Numbered from the whole stretch's first letter, positions 38,410 through 51,476 are shown. The stretch is DNA of 61,723 nt, filler included, from Jimgerdemannia flammicorona (GCA_003990765.1; 3 parts of 3 records of this genome joined end to end with filler, not necessarily neighbours in it), one strand, 5' to 3'. Notes: generated by a model from the letters alone, not told the origin. Made by a program: numbers and translations.

Positions 38410-39551
38410 CAAATAGTAGTGAGAAATCTGATGATTGTAGGAAAAATCATGTCATAATTAATATAAAGACAATATAAATTATCTGGCATATCATAGATAT
38501 TTAAGAATCATAGAATTAGTATTCTCTTTGTTACCAGTCAAGTGTTCTAAGAGGAAAAATTCTGTGCGGTTTGGTCATTCGAAATCTGTTTCATAGAGAA
38601 AAATATATATATTAATTCATATTGTCGTTGCTCGATGAATTAGAACCGGTGGAAGTTCATTCGGACAGGTTCGATGAGAGGATTGCAGCAAGCCAAGGTT
38701 CGAAAGGACCACCCAACTGGTATATTATTTGTTCAATGATTTCGCTCGCAGTGTATGCCCAAGAGTAAAATTTCAGATGACAGGAGTAGCCATCATAGGA
38801 TGTATATTATTATGAGCTACGAAGCATGCAACTATATTTTACATCAATACATAGGATGGCAACTATAGTGAGCTGGTATCGGTTGGAACCCCATGAAATT
38901 GTCAAAGCGCAAAAAGATTCAAGATGATTGCGATTGTGAACAGAAGTGATCGGGTGTATAACCAGGTTCACCCAATAAACACGCGATGAACATTCATCTT
39001 GTTTTTGAGCCCTCAAAGCAGGGGGCTAGGTTCAAATTCAATTCGTGTGAGCGGAAATATACAATCGTGTTCCTGTTATTATTATTATAATATATTATTA
39101 TATATTATTATATTATTATTATTATTATTTCACAATGACAATCATTTCAATATTATAACGACACACGGCTCAAAGTGCATGTTATACAGATTGTTAGATG
39201 TTCTGGCGGTGTCGCTTCAAAGACAACTTGTTCTTGTTCTCGTCTGGTAGTTTGGCTGAATACGTCTTACAAGGTTGGCGGGTTCCCACGTACAATGTCT
39301 CTTCGAAGACAAGGGAGTTCCAGCGTACGACAGGCAGAAATCAGAATACACTTGCAATCCAATCCGGCGCAGTCTAGTGCTTTAACAAGTTACCAAGGTG
39401 GGCAGAGGCAGAGGCAAAAGCAGAGGAATTCGATATTGCACTTTTCAGGCTTTCGAGGGAAATACTTTATTCGAATTCAAACTACTGGAATATTTACACA
39501 AGCTATCCTATGCTAAGTGGCCAAAACTGAATGGCGTGGTAATGCGGTGGG

Positions 39552-39735
39552 TAGTACTCCTAACGAATAAATGTCATATGACTCATAACAGTTTGATCCA
39601 AATCATAACCCAGACCAATTCGAATTAATCTGAGTCCCTCAATCTGAGTCTCCTTTAATCGGAATCCCTCAATCTGAATATCTCAATCTAGATTCCTTCC
39701 TCAATCTGAATCTCTTAATCCAAATTCCTCAATCT
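39552..39735 (+). mobile_element. Left-end fragment of a hAT element related to 3005-9510
   Basis: TAGTACTCCTAACGAA terminus followed by AATCTGAATCCCTC-like repeats as in 3005-3340. Confidence 0.7.
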
Positions 39736-39819
39736 GGTGCGGTGAATTTCCTAGTAACTGGGGGGGGGGGGTGCGAAAATGTCGAAAATGTCAGTATTGA
39801 TGACATATGATCCACATGA

Positions 39820-40700
39820 CCATACCATGTAACCTTGCCAGTGAACACCTTGCCAGCAAACACTATACAGCAAACCCCATACTTACTATCACCTTGATGC
39901 TGCTCCTGGCATCAACAAACACTCTTATGCTTTTGATGAGGCAGCCACTACTACCTCTTATCAACCTCTAAACTTTCATGGACCAGATAGACTGAAATCT
40001 GTAGTCTGGTTCTGGAATATCCTTCTTTCTATATCTGATGCACAGTTTCATAAGTACATGAGGATCACTCATCCTACATTTGATCTTTTACTCTGCACAA
40101 TTATATCTCATCTTAAATATCCTGACCTCAGTTCTAGCAAGCTGTCTATTTCTCTACCAGTCTAGCTTGTAATTACTATTTGGATTTTAGTGACCAGTGA
40201 GATACAATAAGCCACAACACAGTGGTTTGGAGTCAGAAAAACCACTATAATATAAATCATATAAGATGTCTGTGAGTTGTTAGTTAATCTGTTTGGAAAT
40301 ATGATATTATACTTATAGTTAAAAGTAAATAGCAAATAGAGAGAGATCTTGAGTGAATTCTTTACTATCTCTGACTACTCAAATATTGTTGGAGCTGTAA
40401 ATGGGTCTTATATCATAGTTGCAAAACTACTATATACCAAATCTTTGAGAATAGTTTTGTAGAAAAGAGTTCTATACTCTCATTTTGTAAAGTATTGTAG
40501 ATTATACTTGACTTTATCAAGATATAATTATTAGATATCAGGATAGTACAAGTGATTAGAAAGTATGTGATGAATCTAATATTTGTTAGATAAATATAGA
40601 CTATTGTCACTTTATTCTAAAGAGTACTAACTTCATTAATGATAAAATCTATACTATTTTTCCTATAATAATACTACTGTATAAGAACTATAATAATGGT
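39820..40700 (+). pseudogene. PIF/Harbinger transposase remnant
   Basis: SDAQFHKYMRITHPTFDLL, LVITIWILVTSE...WFGV, NIVGAVNGSYI (decayed GAVDGSHI). Confidence 0.7.
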
Positions 40701-40745
40701 AATTATATATATATATAATACATATCACTATAATAAGTAGCATGC

Positions 40746-41055
40746 TGTAAGCATACAACCTCCAAGCCACTGAAATCACATGTCACCCTCTGAACAAGCT
40801 ACCAAAATCACACATAACTCTGAACAAATCTGGAAATCACCTGTAAGATTATGAAGCTAAGTCAAACTGAAGTCACAGCACACAAAGCTAAATCAATATG
40901 AAGTCATAGAATATAAGATTTACACAAACAGAATCTTATCAATCAGAACTAAATATATATATACTGAGTACTGAGATACATTGAAATAGAGAACTAAAGC
41001 AAACCAAACAAATAACCCCAACTCCTAAACATATACAAACATGACCACCAAGACC
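40746..41055 (+). mobile_element. LTR of the family at 22812-23114
   Basis: TGTAAGCATACAACCTCCAAGCCACTG...; matches the reverse complement of 22812-23114. Confidence 0.8.
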
Positions 41056-41087
41056 TACAACTACATCCACACTGACATTTGGAATAC

Positions 41088-41118
<31 letters not shown>

Positions 41119-41218
41119 NNNNNNNNNNNNNNNNNNNNNNNNNNNNNNNNNNNNNNNNNNNNTTAATTAATTAANNNNNNNNNNNNNNNNNNNNNNNNNN
41201 NNNNNNNNNNNNNNNNNN
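41119..41218. other. Assembly gap with artificial spacer
   Basis: N run with TTAATTAATTAA at 41163-41174. Confidence 0.97.
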
Positions 41219-44200
41219 AAAAAAAAAAAAAAAAAGAGAATACTGGTGCTGGCATTATCTAGTATAACAAAGAACTTAGAGCAGAAAGTTCAGGATTATG
41301 AGGGCTTCATCATCATCATCACTGAAGGAGATGAGATCTACGAATTCATCATTTTCGCATACTTCAATGTCATGTGGGATGATGTCATCGATGACATCAT
41401 CACATTCAGCTATGGCAGGGAAATCGAGGACAAGGTCTGGAGCTCTCCAGTCTATGAAGTTCTCTTCTACAAAATAAGGAACAAATGTGGGGTCTTGGGG
41501 AGATCTAATTTAGATGCTTGGGCCTTGGAATACTGAGATCAATCCTTGCAGGAATTGATCTGGGTTGTCCTAGAGGATAGGGTGCCAGAAGTCTTCTACT
41601 TCTTCGCTGTTGAGGGTGATAGTGGACTGGGCTTCTGTAGCTACCCTGGCTTCTAGTGTATTGATATGGCAGGATGATAGATCTCTGAAATCTGAGACTC
41701 TAACATACTCCAAGTTGGAGATCAACCATAGTGCATGCCTGAAGATCTGATGAATCTTCTTAGCTATCCTTGTTTCGCGTATATCCATAGGAGTGGTATC
41801 TTGTAGCTCTTGGGTACTGGCCTGTGGGAACTCCCAGTAGAGGAGGTTTCCTATTTTGTACTCCTGCCACATTTGGAGGCATTTGGTAGCAATGGTGATC
41901 CTTGTTTCTATTTCGCAGTAGTAGAGGATAAAGTAATAAGAGTCTGCAGTACCCAGGTTGACACTAAGAGTCCTTCTTGAGTGGGTCCTCATGGCTCTTC
42001 TGATGTCTTGGAACATCCTTTCCTTGACCGAGATACCTTGATGATTCCTTGACCTTGAGGTTTGGCAAGCAGCAGGCATTTTGTTTGTAGTAAGTCTTTG
42101 AGCTATTTTGGGATTGGTGGTTCTTATTGGTTGCTGCTACTGCGGTTCCTTGATCCTTCTTTTATATTCTTCAGGATGCTTATGCTGTAGTCATAATGAC
42201 TCACAGTTGGTCATCATTGCTCATCTCATATACTGTATGATCTTCTTGTGCTCCAATCTGGTGGCTTATAAGGAAAGGCTGTCTCCTGTGCTGATGTCTT
42301 CATTCTGGGGTCACTGCTATATCTTCCTCCTGAATAAGGATCTTCCTGAGCATCCTTATTCATTGGTCTAGTTCTGAAAAATTTGCTGATCCCATAACCT
42401 CTGGCAAGGGGTCAAAAACTGGTGTTTATGGGCTGGCGTCTTCCCTTTGTATTTTGGCATGATGGTGAAGGGTCACTCCCTTCATATAGAGCAAGGGCCT
42501 GATTCTGATCTTGACCAATCAGTTGACAGTTTGAACTCCTCTGACTGCGAAAGTCTCACGGATGAGTAGTTGCCAGTGCCATATCCCTTAGAGAATGGTC
42601 CAAACAGATAGCCTGCTGGTCATGAGACATACTGTTATGATTCATGGACTAGAATCTCACAGGCAGTCATCACATTTTGCTTCTCTTATATAGGTTCATG
42701 ATACTTCTTGAGTCTGTTCCTATATACCGTGGTAGGTAGTATGGTCCCTGAGATTTTTCTAAGCCAGAAGATAGTTCCCTTAATATCTTGTATATAGAAG
42801 GGTCCTTCCCATTTGGGCTCCAGTTTTCATGACCATGAGGCTTCTACTATATTTTGATACAGTAGAATCTTTTCTCCAATTCGGATGGGTTCTAGGGCCT
42901 TGTGATTCTTTTCTGCATTCTTTCTTATCAGTGCTTGTAACTTGGTGATGTAATCTCCAGCCTTCTTCCTGATTTGGTGTAGTCTCCGGATTTCTGCATC
43001 AATCTATCTCCAAGTTAGGTCTAGATTTGTAGCTGAGGTTCCATTAGAATCTTCTTCTCCAAAGAGCAGCTCTCTTAGGGTAAAATGTGTACTTTGTGAC
43101 CATATGTCTTGTAGAACAGAGAGGGCAGTTGGGAGATAGTTATCCCAATTCTTGTATATCTCTGAGATCTTTGCTAGGATGTTCTTGAGGGTCTTATTGG
43201 TTCTCTCTATCTGTCCATTTCCTTGAGGGTGGTATGCAGTAGTCTTGATGTGCTGGATCTTGTATTTCTGGTACATTATCTTGTAGAATTCATTGATAAA
43301 TTCTGTACTGTGGTCTATTGTAATTTGCTTTGGTATCTTGTAGTGGCAGATGATTTCTCGGTGTAGGAAATCAGCTATAGAGAGGACATTGGCTTCTTGT
43401 AATGTTCCTGCCTCTATCCATTTGGTAAAGAGGTCTATAATAACTATAATATAGTGGTTTTCTGATAGTGTTACTGGTAGTGATCCAATGATATCCATTG
43501 TAATGTGGTGGAAGGGGATAGGCTCAATTCTTGATGATCCGGGTGCCTGGTCTTGCTGATCTTGTTTCTGTTTTTGGCACTTATCACACTCTTTGACAAA
43601 TTGGCGCAGGTCTTCTTCCATCTTGGGCCACCACATGGTTCTTCTTGCCTTGTTGTATATGTTGATTCCTCCTAAGTGTCCTTGCTCATATACTTCCTTC
43701 ATTACTTGATACTTCTTGTGTTCAGATATTACTAGCTTTCCTCCTTTTCTGAGTGTAGTGTTGTCTAATTCAAACTATTTCCAAGTCCGGTTGATGATAG
43801 TGATTGTCCAGGGTTCAAGGTAGTTGGGCATCTTCTGCTGTCCAAGATAGCTGATTAATCCATAGTATAGCTCCTTATTCATATTGAATAGTCTTGATGG
43901 GGATGTTTTGGGGTGTCCTTGAGAGTGCATTGACATTGATGTTGGTCTTTCCTGGGTGGTGCTTGACAGTACAGTCATACTCTTGCAGCCTGTAGATCCA
44001 TCTGGCATATATTCCTTTGGGGTTTAGAGTGTAGAATAGCCAGACAAAAGTGAAATGGTCTGTTTGAATGGTGAAGTGTTTTCTGGCTAGGTAGTAGTGG
44101 AACTTGTCTACTGCCCAAACTACTGCTAAGTATTTAAGCTTGCATGACTTGTAGTTCTGTTCCACTCCATAGATATCTCGGCTTGTATAGGAGATGACAT

Positions 44201-45394
44201 ATTCATGTCCATCTTTCTTCTGAGCTAGAACTGCTCCAAGTCCTATAATACTCGCGTCTGTCTACAGGATGAATTCTAGGTTCCAGTCTGGTCTTCTGAG
44301 GATGGGTGCTTGGGTCAACCTGGTCTTGAGTTCATTGAAGGTTTCTTAGCACTCCTTGATTCATTCAAATTTGGTCTCCTTCTTCAGTAGCTCATAGATA
44401 GGTGCTGCAATGTTGGAGTATCCTTTGATAAATCTTCTGTAGTAGCTGGCCAGTCCAAGGAAGGCATGGACTTCTGTGGTTGTTCTGGATCTTAGGTAGG
44501 CTGCAACAGCCTTGATCTTCATAGGGTCTGTGTGGATTCCAGTCTGATTGATGAGGTGTCCTAGGTAGATGATTTCTTGAGCTGCAAACTTACATTTCTT
44601 GGGCTTAATATAGAGGCTATGCTCCTTGAGCCTCTTGAGAGCTAGCTGTATGTGATTGATATGTTTCCATATAGTGTTGCTGAAGATGATCACATTATCA
44701 ACATAGACAAAGAGCTATTTTTCAATCTCATTGCTGAAGACTCTGTTCATCATTCACTGGAAACTTGCTGGGGCATTGCACATTCCAAATGGCATTCACA
44801 GATAGATATAGGTGGTATCAGGTGTGATGAAGGCTGATTTCTCACTGGCATCTCGAGTGAGACTGATCTGATAGAAGCCTGAGAACAGATCCAAGGTGGT
44901 GTAGTATTTGGCTTCACTTCCAAGAGTGGTAAGGATTTCTTGAATATTCAGCAAGGGCTGCCTATCCTTCTTGGTGATGGCATTGAGTTTCCTATAGTCA
45001 ATGCAGAGTCTTGGTGCAAACTCTCCAGGCTTGCTTCCTTTCTTTGAGGCAAGGACAATGGGTGAGGCCCAGGGGCTGATAGCTTGCTTGATGATTCCAG
45101 CTTCTTCCATTTTCTTGAGTTCGGCTCACAGCCACTCTCTATAGGCAGGTGGTATGGGTCTGGCTTTCTGGTAGATAGGCTTGGTATCACCAGTGTCAAC
45201 TTCATGGTGGTACTTGGGTTCTTGATTGTGGATATCTCTAAAGTCTGTAGCAAGTACTCCTTCATTCTGGTACAGAATCTTGAGAAGTTGTTCCTCCAGA
45301 GGAAAGTTTTCTTCAATGGTATATATGTGCTTGTTCTGGTCCTTGTCTTTCTTGTGCTCAAGTTCAGTAATCTTGGTGGCAGCATAGACTCCTC

Positions 45395-45810
45395 TTCCAG
45401 TAGATCCAAAGTCTTGTTCTCCTCTCTTGGTCTTGATAAGTTCAGTGGTCTCTATGATCTTGGGCTTCTTGATTTCGTGGATCAGCATCTGGCCAATCCT
45501 GTCATGCTTCTTGGCTTCGAAGGGAGTGGTGTGGTTGTGATTTCTGACTATGAGAAAAATCTCACCAGTGTAATCAGGGTCAATTACTCCTCCTTTAACT
45601 GAGATTTCACTTTTGGCCAGACTGCTCCTGGTCTTGATAATTCTGGCATGGTTTTCTGGCAACTTGACTCCAATTCCAGTGCCAAGTAGGGTAGTGGTCT
45701 GTGGTTCAAGGGTAGCATCTTGGATGCTGGCAAGGTCTATTCCTATGGCTCCTTCAGTCTTGTATTCTGGGATCTTGGCTTCAGGGTGAAACTTCTTGAC
45801 CTTGAGGGTG
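45395..45810 (-). pseudogene. dUTPase domain within Gypsy pol
   Basis: GAIGIDL, RSSLA, GGVIDPDYTGE, DRIGQM, RGEQDFGSTG motifs in ORF 45126-45986. Confidence 0.93.
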
Positions 45811-46055
45811 ATGTCTGATTCTTGTTCCTCCTCATCGTCACTGTCAGCTTGAAGCTCTGGGGGCTGGTCATCTTCTTCAGCTTTCCTTTTTGCTTTGGCA
45901 GCTTCTTGCTCATGTTTCTGTTGGTGGATTTTCCTGACTTCACTGATACAGGACCAGCAGTCATTCAGGTGTTCAGAGCAGTACATTCTAGTACCATGGG
46001 GGCATCTTCCTTGAGGGGCATACCCATCGATGATTTTGTTATACCACTGCTCATC

Positions 46056-47827
46056 ACTATCTTGCCCATCTTGCTCATCTTGCCCATGTTGCCCGTGTTG
46101 CCCATCTTGCCCATCTTGCCTGTTTTGCCTGTTTTGCCCATCTTGCCCATGTCGCCCGTCTTGCTGTCTTGCCTGTCTTGCCTGTCTTGCCTGTGTTACC
46201 TATCTTGCCCATCTTGCCCATCTTGCTTGTCTTGCATTTTGCCCGTTTTGCCCGTTTTGCCCGTCTTGCCCGTGTTACCCATCTTGCCTGTCTTGTCTGT
46301 TTTGCCTGTTTTGCCCATTTTGCCCGTCTTGCCCATGTCGCCCGTCTTGCCTGTTTTGCTTGTTTTGCCCATCTTGCCCATGTCACCCGTCTTGCCATCC
46401 GTCTTGCCTGTCTTGCCCATATTACCCATCTTGCCCATCTGCCTGTCTTGCCCATGTCGTTTTGCTCATTTTGCCCATTTTGCCCGTCTTGCCCATGTCG
46501 CCCGTCTTGCCTGTTTTGCCTGTTTTGCCCGTCTTGCCCATGTCGCCCATCTTACCCGTTTTGCCCATTTTGCTCATCTTGCCCATGTTACCCGTCTTGC
46601 CATCCGTCTTGCCCGTCTTGCCCATATTACCCGTCTTGCCCATCTGCCCATCTTGCCTGTGTTGTTTTGCCCATTTTGCCCATTTTGCCCATCTTGCCCA
46701 TGTTGCCCGTCTTGCCTGTTTTGCCTGTTTTGCCCGTCTTGCCTATGTCACCCGTCTTGCTGCCCGTCTTGCCCGTCTTGCCCGTGTTACCGTCTTGCCT
46801 ATGTCGTTTTGCCCATTTTGCTCGTCTTGCCCGTCTTGCCCATCTTGCCCGTCTTGCCTGTATCGTTTTGCCCGTTTTGCCCGTCTTGCCCATCTTGCCC
46901 ATCTTGCCCATGTCATTTTGCCTGTTTTGCCCATCTTGCCCATCTTGCCCGTATCATTTTGCCCGTTTTGCCCGTTTTGCCCATCTTGCCCATCTTGCCC
47001 GTCTTGCCCATCTTGCCCATCTTGTCTGTATCATTTTGCCCGTTTTTCCCATCTTGCCCATGTCGCCCGTCTTGCCATCTTGCTGTCTTGCCGTCTTGCC
47101 CATCTTGCCCGTCTTGCCATCTTGCCTGTCTTGCCTGTCTTGCCCATCTTGCCCATCTTGCCCATGTCGTTTTACCCGTTTTGCCCGTTTTGCCCATCTT
47201 GCCCATGTTACCTGTCTTGCCCGTTTTGCCCATTTTGCCCGTCTTGCCCACATCGCCCGTCTTGCCACCCGTCTTGCCCGTCTTGCCCATGTTGTTTTGC
47301 CCATTTTGCCCATCTTGCCCGTCTTGCCCGTCTTGCCCGTCTCGCCCGTCTTACCCGTCTCGCCCGTCTTACCCGTCTTGCCCATCTTGCCTACGTCATT
47401 TTGCCCATTTTGCCCATTTTGCCCGTCTTGCCCATCTTGCCTGTCTAGCCCATCTTGCCCGTCTTGCCCATCTTGCCCATATCATTTTGCCCATTTTTCC
47501 CGTCTTGCCCATGTCACATGTCTTGCCATCTTGCTGTCTTGCCGTCTTGCCCATCTTGCCCGTCTTGCCCATCTTGCCCACCCGTGTTGCCCGTGTTGCC
47601 TGTCTTGCCCTTCTTGCCCCGAAATTCTTGAAATCCTTGTAACTTGCTGAAACTAGAAGCTATGGCTATGCCGAAAAGACCAGGTGGGACTCCTATACCT
47701 AAGGGATGAGGTACACCTGTCAGCACTCCTTGGAGCCTATGCTTGTGGCCTCCAAAACTTGAGATGCTCACCCTCCTAGTGGCTTAGACGGAGCCAACTG
47801 TTTGGTCCGAGTGAAAGGAGCCGGTCA
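46056..47827. mobile_element. Insertion into Gypsy pol: about 200-bp unique head plus about 1.55-kb 9-mer array, 16-bp TSD
   Basis: TATACCACTGCTCATC (46040-46055) and TATATCACTGCTCATC (47828-47843) flank it; removal restores the pol frame KLTDEQWYNKIIDGYAPQ. Confidence 0.85.
46060..47620. repeat. 9-bp minisatellite TTGCCCGTC / TTGCCCATC / TTGCCTGTC / TTGCCCGTT
   Basis: Directly visible tandem array with occasional indels. Confidence 0.97.
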
Positions 47828-50800
47828 TATATCACTGCTCATCTGTGAGCTTGGGTGTCTTGTTCTTGTTCTTGTTCTTATTCACCGAGTGTATGAAGAC
47901 CTCTGTGTCTTCTTCATCTCCTTCCTCCATGTCTAGCAGGACTCCTTTGTGGACATTGATAGAAACTCATACCTTTCTTCCTCTGTAGTTGATCTGCATC
48001 TTCTGGGCATTGAGGTCAATGATGGCCTTGGCCTTGTGAAGCCATTGGTTGCTAATGAGAATGTCATAGTTGGTGGTACTTGTAACAATCACGTCTACTG
48101 GGATGATAGCTCCTCCTATCTTGATGGGGACTTCTCGGATTTTGCCAAGGGGGGTAGCTCATATACTGTCTGCTGTGACATAGACTATCTTGGTGGACTC
48201 TTCAATGTCCCAACCTAGGTGGTCAATTACCTTCTTGCTCATGAGGCATCCTCTGGAACCAGTATCAATGATGGCATCAAAGATACAGTCTTCGATCTGG
48301 CAGGAGATATAGGCTGATGTCTTATACTGGTCTTTGGATTCTTCACCTGAGTTCTCAGATTCTTCTTGTGCATTGTGAGCTTCTACAATCTTGTACTCTT
48401 AATTCTTGACAGTAGTTGCAAGTCCTACTCTCAACTGCTGTCTGAAGGCAGGGACTTCAGCTAGCTGCCCAAAAGTGGCATTGACCTTCAGTTCCTTGAG
48501 GTCCTTATAGATGTCATACTGGTGGATCTTGGTCTTGTGCAGCTTCTGTTCCTTCTTGCTCTCGCTTTCTCCTGAGACTGGAGTAGTGCCTTCGATAATT
48601 TGGCAAGTAGCTTTGTCTAACTCCATGTCTTGATCAATCTCCTTATGTTGGGTCTTACTTTGAATAGTGATAGCTGGAGTCTTTTTTGGTCTTCCAACTG
48701 GCTTGCTGTTACTCTTCTTGCCATAGGGCTTGGACCAGGTTCTAGTACCTTCAGTAGTAGAGTAGAATTCGAGCTCCTCATAGTATTCTTCATCATCAGT
48801 GTCACCAATCTCCTCGATGACTACTGCATTAGTTTGTTCTCTGGTTCTGCTAGCATTGCTTGGTTGGGCTTTGCATCTTGTTTCAGTCATACAGCTCTTT
48901 ACATAGTGGCCTTCTTCTCTACATCTAAAGCATATGATATTGCATTCTTTTGTAGTAGCTGCAAATCTCTGCACTGGTTTCCTGTTGGCACTTCGGACTT
49001 CTCTAACAACATCACCAAGATGTGCAGTCATCTCAGCGAACTACTTGGCAAGTTCTTCCACTGGGTCAGCTTTGGCTGTCTTGGGGGTAGGTGGGGTTGG
49101 TTGTCTGTTTACAACTGTGGCAGGTAAGATACTAGTTAGCTTTGATGGCTCTATCTTGATACCAGTTATTTTCTCCATTGAGTGTTCGGCAGAGTGTCTG
49201 GCAGTCTAATATCTCTGTACAAAGACCACTTTCTGATCAAGGGTCAGTACAGCTGGGGTAGACCAGATTGCTAGGGCAATTTCAGAGTGAACTCCTTTGA
49301 GGAAGGTTGAGTCTGCTATTTGTTCCTTGAGGGCATCATCATAGCTAGCCAAGACAATCTGGTAGCAGATTCAGGTATAGAATGAGTTGAGATCTTCACT
49401 AAGTCCCTGGCAGATAGTATTGAGTTGATCCTTGAGAGCTTGCTTGATCTCTTCAGTATAATATGTTGTTCTGAGGAAGGTCTTCATGTTGGCAAGTTTG
49501 ACTACATCTATACCAGCAATGGTGGCTGCATTAAACTTGTTTCTGGCAGGTCCTCTGAGGCTGACTGGTAGAAGGGCCAATTGAGCATTCATACCAAGAA
49601 CTTGTATGACAGCGAATTGTTCAAAGTCTTCAATGAAGGTCAGGATTGACTCTTCAGTAGTATATCCATAGAATGTGGGGGGACATATTTCCATCTTGTC
49701 TTGAATTCTTGCAGGGGTAACTCTTGTAGTCAGGGTAGTTATTGTGGGAGTTGTTCATTTTTCAGCTTGAAAGTGAGGGATTCATCTTGAATCATCAGCC
49801 AATGGGTACCAAGTTGTCACATAGTGGTCACTGAGTCCTTCAAATATACCAGATTCTCTTCAAGGTATATTTCTTAGACTAACTCAAGTTTGTTATAAGC
49901 AAGTTCTTATTGGAGTACCTTCCCAAGGTCTTATAGTCCTCAAACTTCTTATCTTTAACTATCTTGTTATCTCTTAGATTGCTTGCAAGAAAGTGTATAT
50001 ATTGTACTAAATTGACTGACTTTATTTCATAGGAAATAAGAGGGATATTTATACAAAATATAATTCAATGGTTGCTAAGATATAAAGCTAAATATAAATT
50101 CCAATAACTAAAACTACTGAGTTCCAGGGCTGGTATTATTTAGTGTCACATCAAAATACTAGTGCTGGAACAATTTCGTGTCACCTCAGAATGCCAGTGC
50201 TGGCATTATCCAGTATTACATAAGAATACCAGTGCTAGCATTATCTAGTGTAACAAAGAACTTAGAGCAGAAAGTTCAGGATTATGAGGGCTTCATCATC
50301 ATCATCACTGAAGGAGATGAGATCCGTGAATTCGTCATTTTTGCATACTTCGATATCACACAGAATGATGTCATTGATGACATCATCACATTCAGCTGTG
50401 GCAGAGAAATCGGGGACAAGGTCTGGAGCTGAGGTTCTCTTCCACAAAATAAGGAACAAATGTAGGATCTTGGGGAGATCTAACCTGAATACTTGGGCCT
50501 TGGAATACTGAGATCAATTCTTGTAGGAATTGATCTGAGTTGTCCTGGAGGATAGGGTGCTAGAAGTCTTCTACTTCTTCGCTGTTGAGGGTGATAGTGG
50601 ACTGGGCTTCTGTAGCCACTCTGGCTTCTAGTGCATTGATATGGCGGGATGATAGATCTCTGAAATCTGAGACTCTAACATACTCCAAGTTGGAGATCGA
50701 CCATGGTGCATGCCTGAAGATCTGATGAATCTTCTTAGCTGTTCTTGTTTTGTATATATCCATGGGAGTGGCATCTTGTAGCTCTTGGGTGCTGGCCTGT

Positions 50801-50915
50801 GGGAACTCCTGGCAGAGGAGGTTTCCTATTTCATACTCCTGCCACATTTGGAGGCATTCAGTAGCAATGGTAATCCTTGTTTCCATTTTGTGGCAGTAGA
50901 GGATAAAGTAATAAG

Positions 50916-51476
50916 TAGTGCTCCTAACGAGTCAATTTAATCTGGATTAGATTCGGATTGATTCGGATTGAATCCCATCCGGATGGATTTGAATCGGATT
51001 CGAATCAACCATTGTTTTGATTTCCAAATTAGACAATTAAATGTTTACATCAATAATTTGATGAATAATCATCCACATTTGATGATCTTGGTGTCATTTG
51101 AAAGCCCTTAATAAAGCCTATCTAATGATACCAAGAACATTGAAATCGGATCATGCGTTGCTGAGTTATGAAGGAAAACGTCTGAATTGCCGATTTTGGA
51201 AATTCTTTGATTTGCCGATTTTGGAAATTTCGTCAAATGGAACGTTTTCCTTAATATCTCGGCAACACGTAATCCAATTTTAATTTTCTTGGTATCATTA
51301 GAAAGGCCTTATTAAGGGCTTTCAAATGACACCAAGATCATCAAATTTGGATGATTATTCATCAAGTTATTGATGTAAACATTTAATTGTCTAATTTGGA
51401 AATCAAAACAATGGTTGATTCGAATCCGATTCGAATCCATCCGAATCCCATCCGGATTGACTCGTTTGGAGCACTA
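50916..51476. mobile_element. Young foldback hAT-type MITE inserted in the Gypsy 5' LTR
   Basis: TAGTGCTCCTAACGAGTCAAT / ATTGACTCGTTTGGAGCACTA ends; arms of about 250 bp inverted; TSD GTAATAAG/GTATAAG; absent from the other LTR copies; CpGs retained. Confidence 0.93.

Noticed and set aside
38810..39628. Short ORFs and (TAT)n tract downstream of the gene
   Set aside because: No recognisable domains or splice pattern; ordinary intergenic DNA and microsatellite
46060..47620. CRISPR or telomere array
   Set aside because: No unique spacers and no cas genes; interstitial and TSD-flanked; the unit is not a telomere repeat I recognise
45822..47650. Long ORFs (606, 472, 493 aa) and collagen-like GKT/GQD frames
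   Set aside because: By-products of a stop-free 9-mer array with frequent frameshifts, located inside an insertion
47765..47827. HDV-like ribozyme at the insertion head
   Set aside because: A P4-like hairpin and ACTAGGAG are suggestive, but I could not build a convincing P1/P3 pseudoknot by eye
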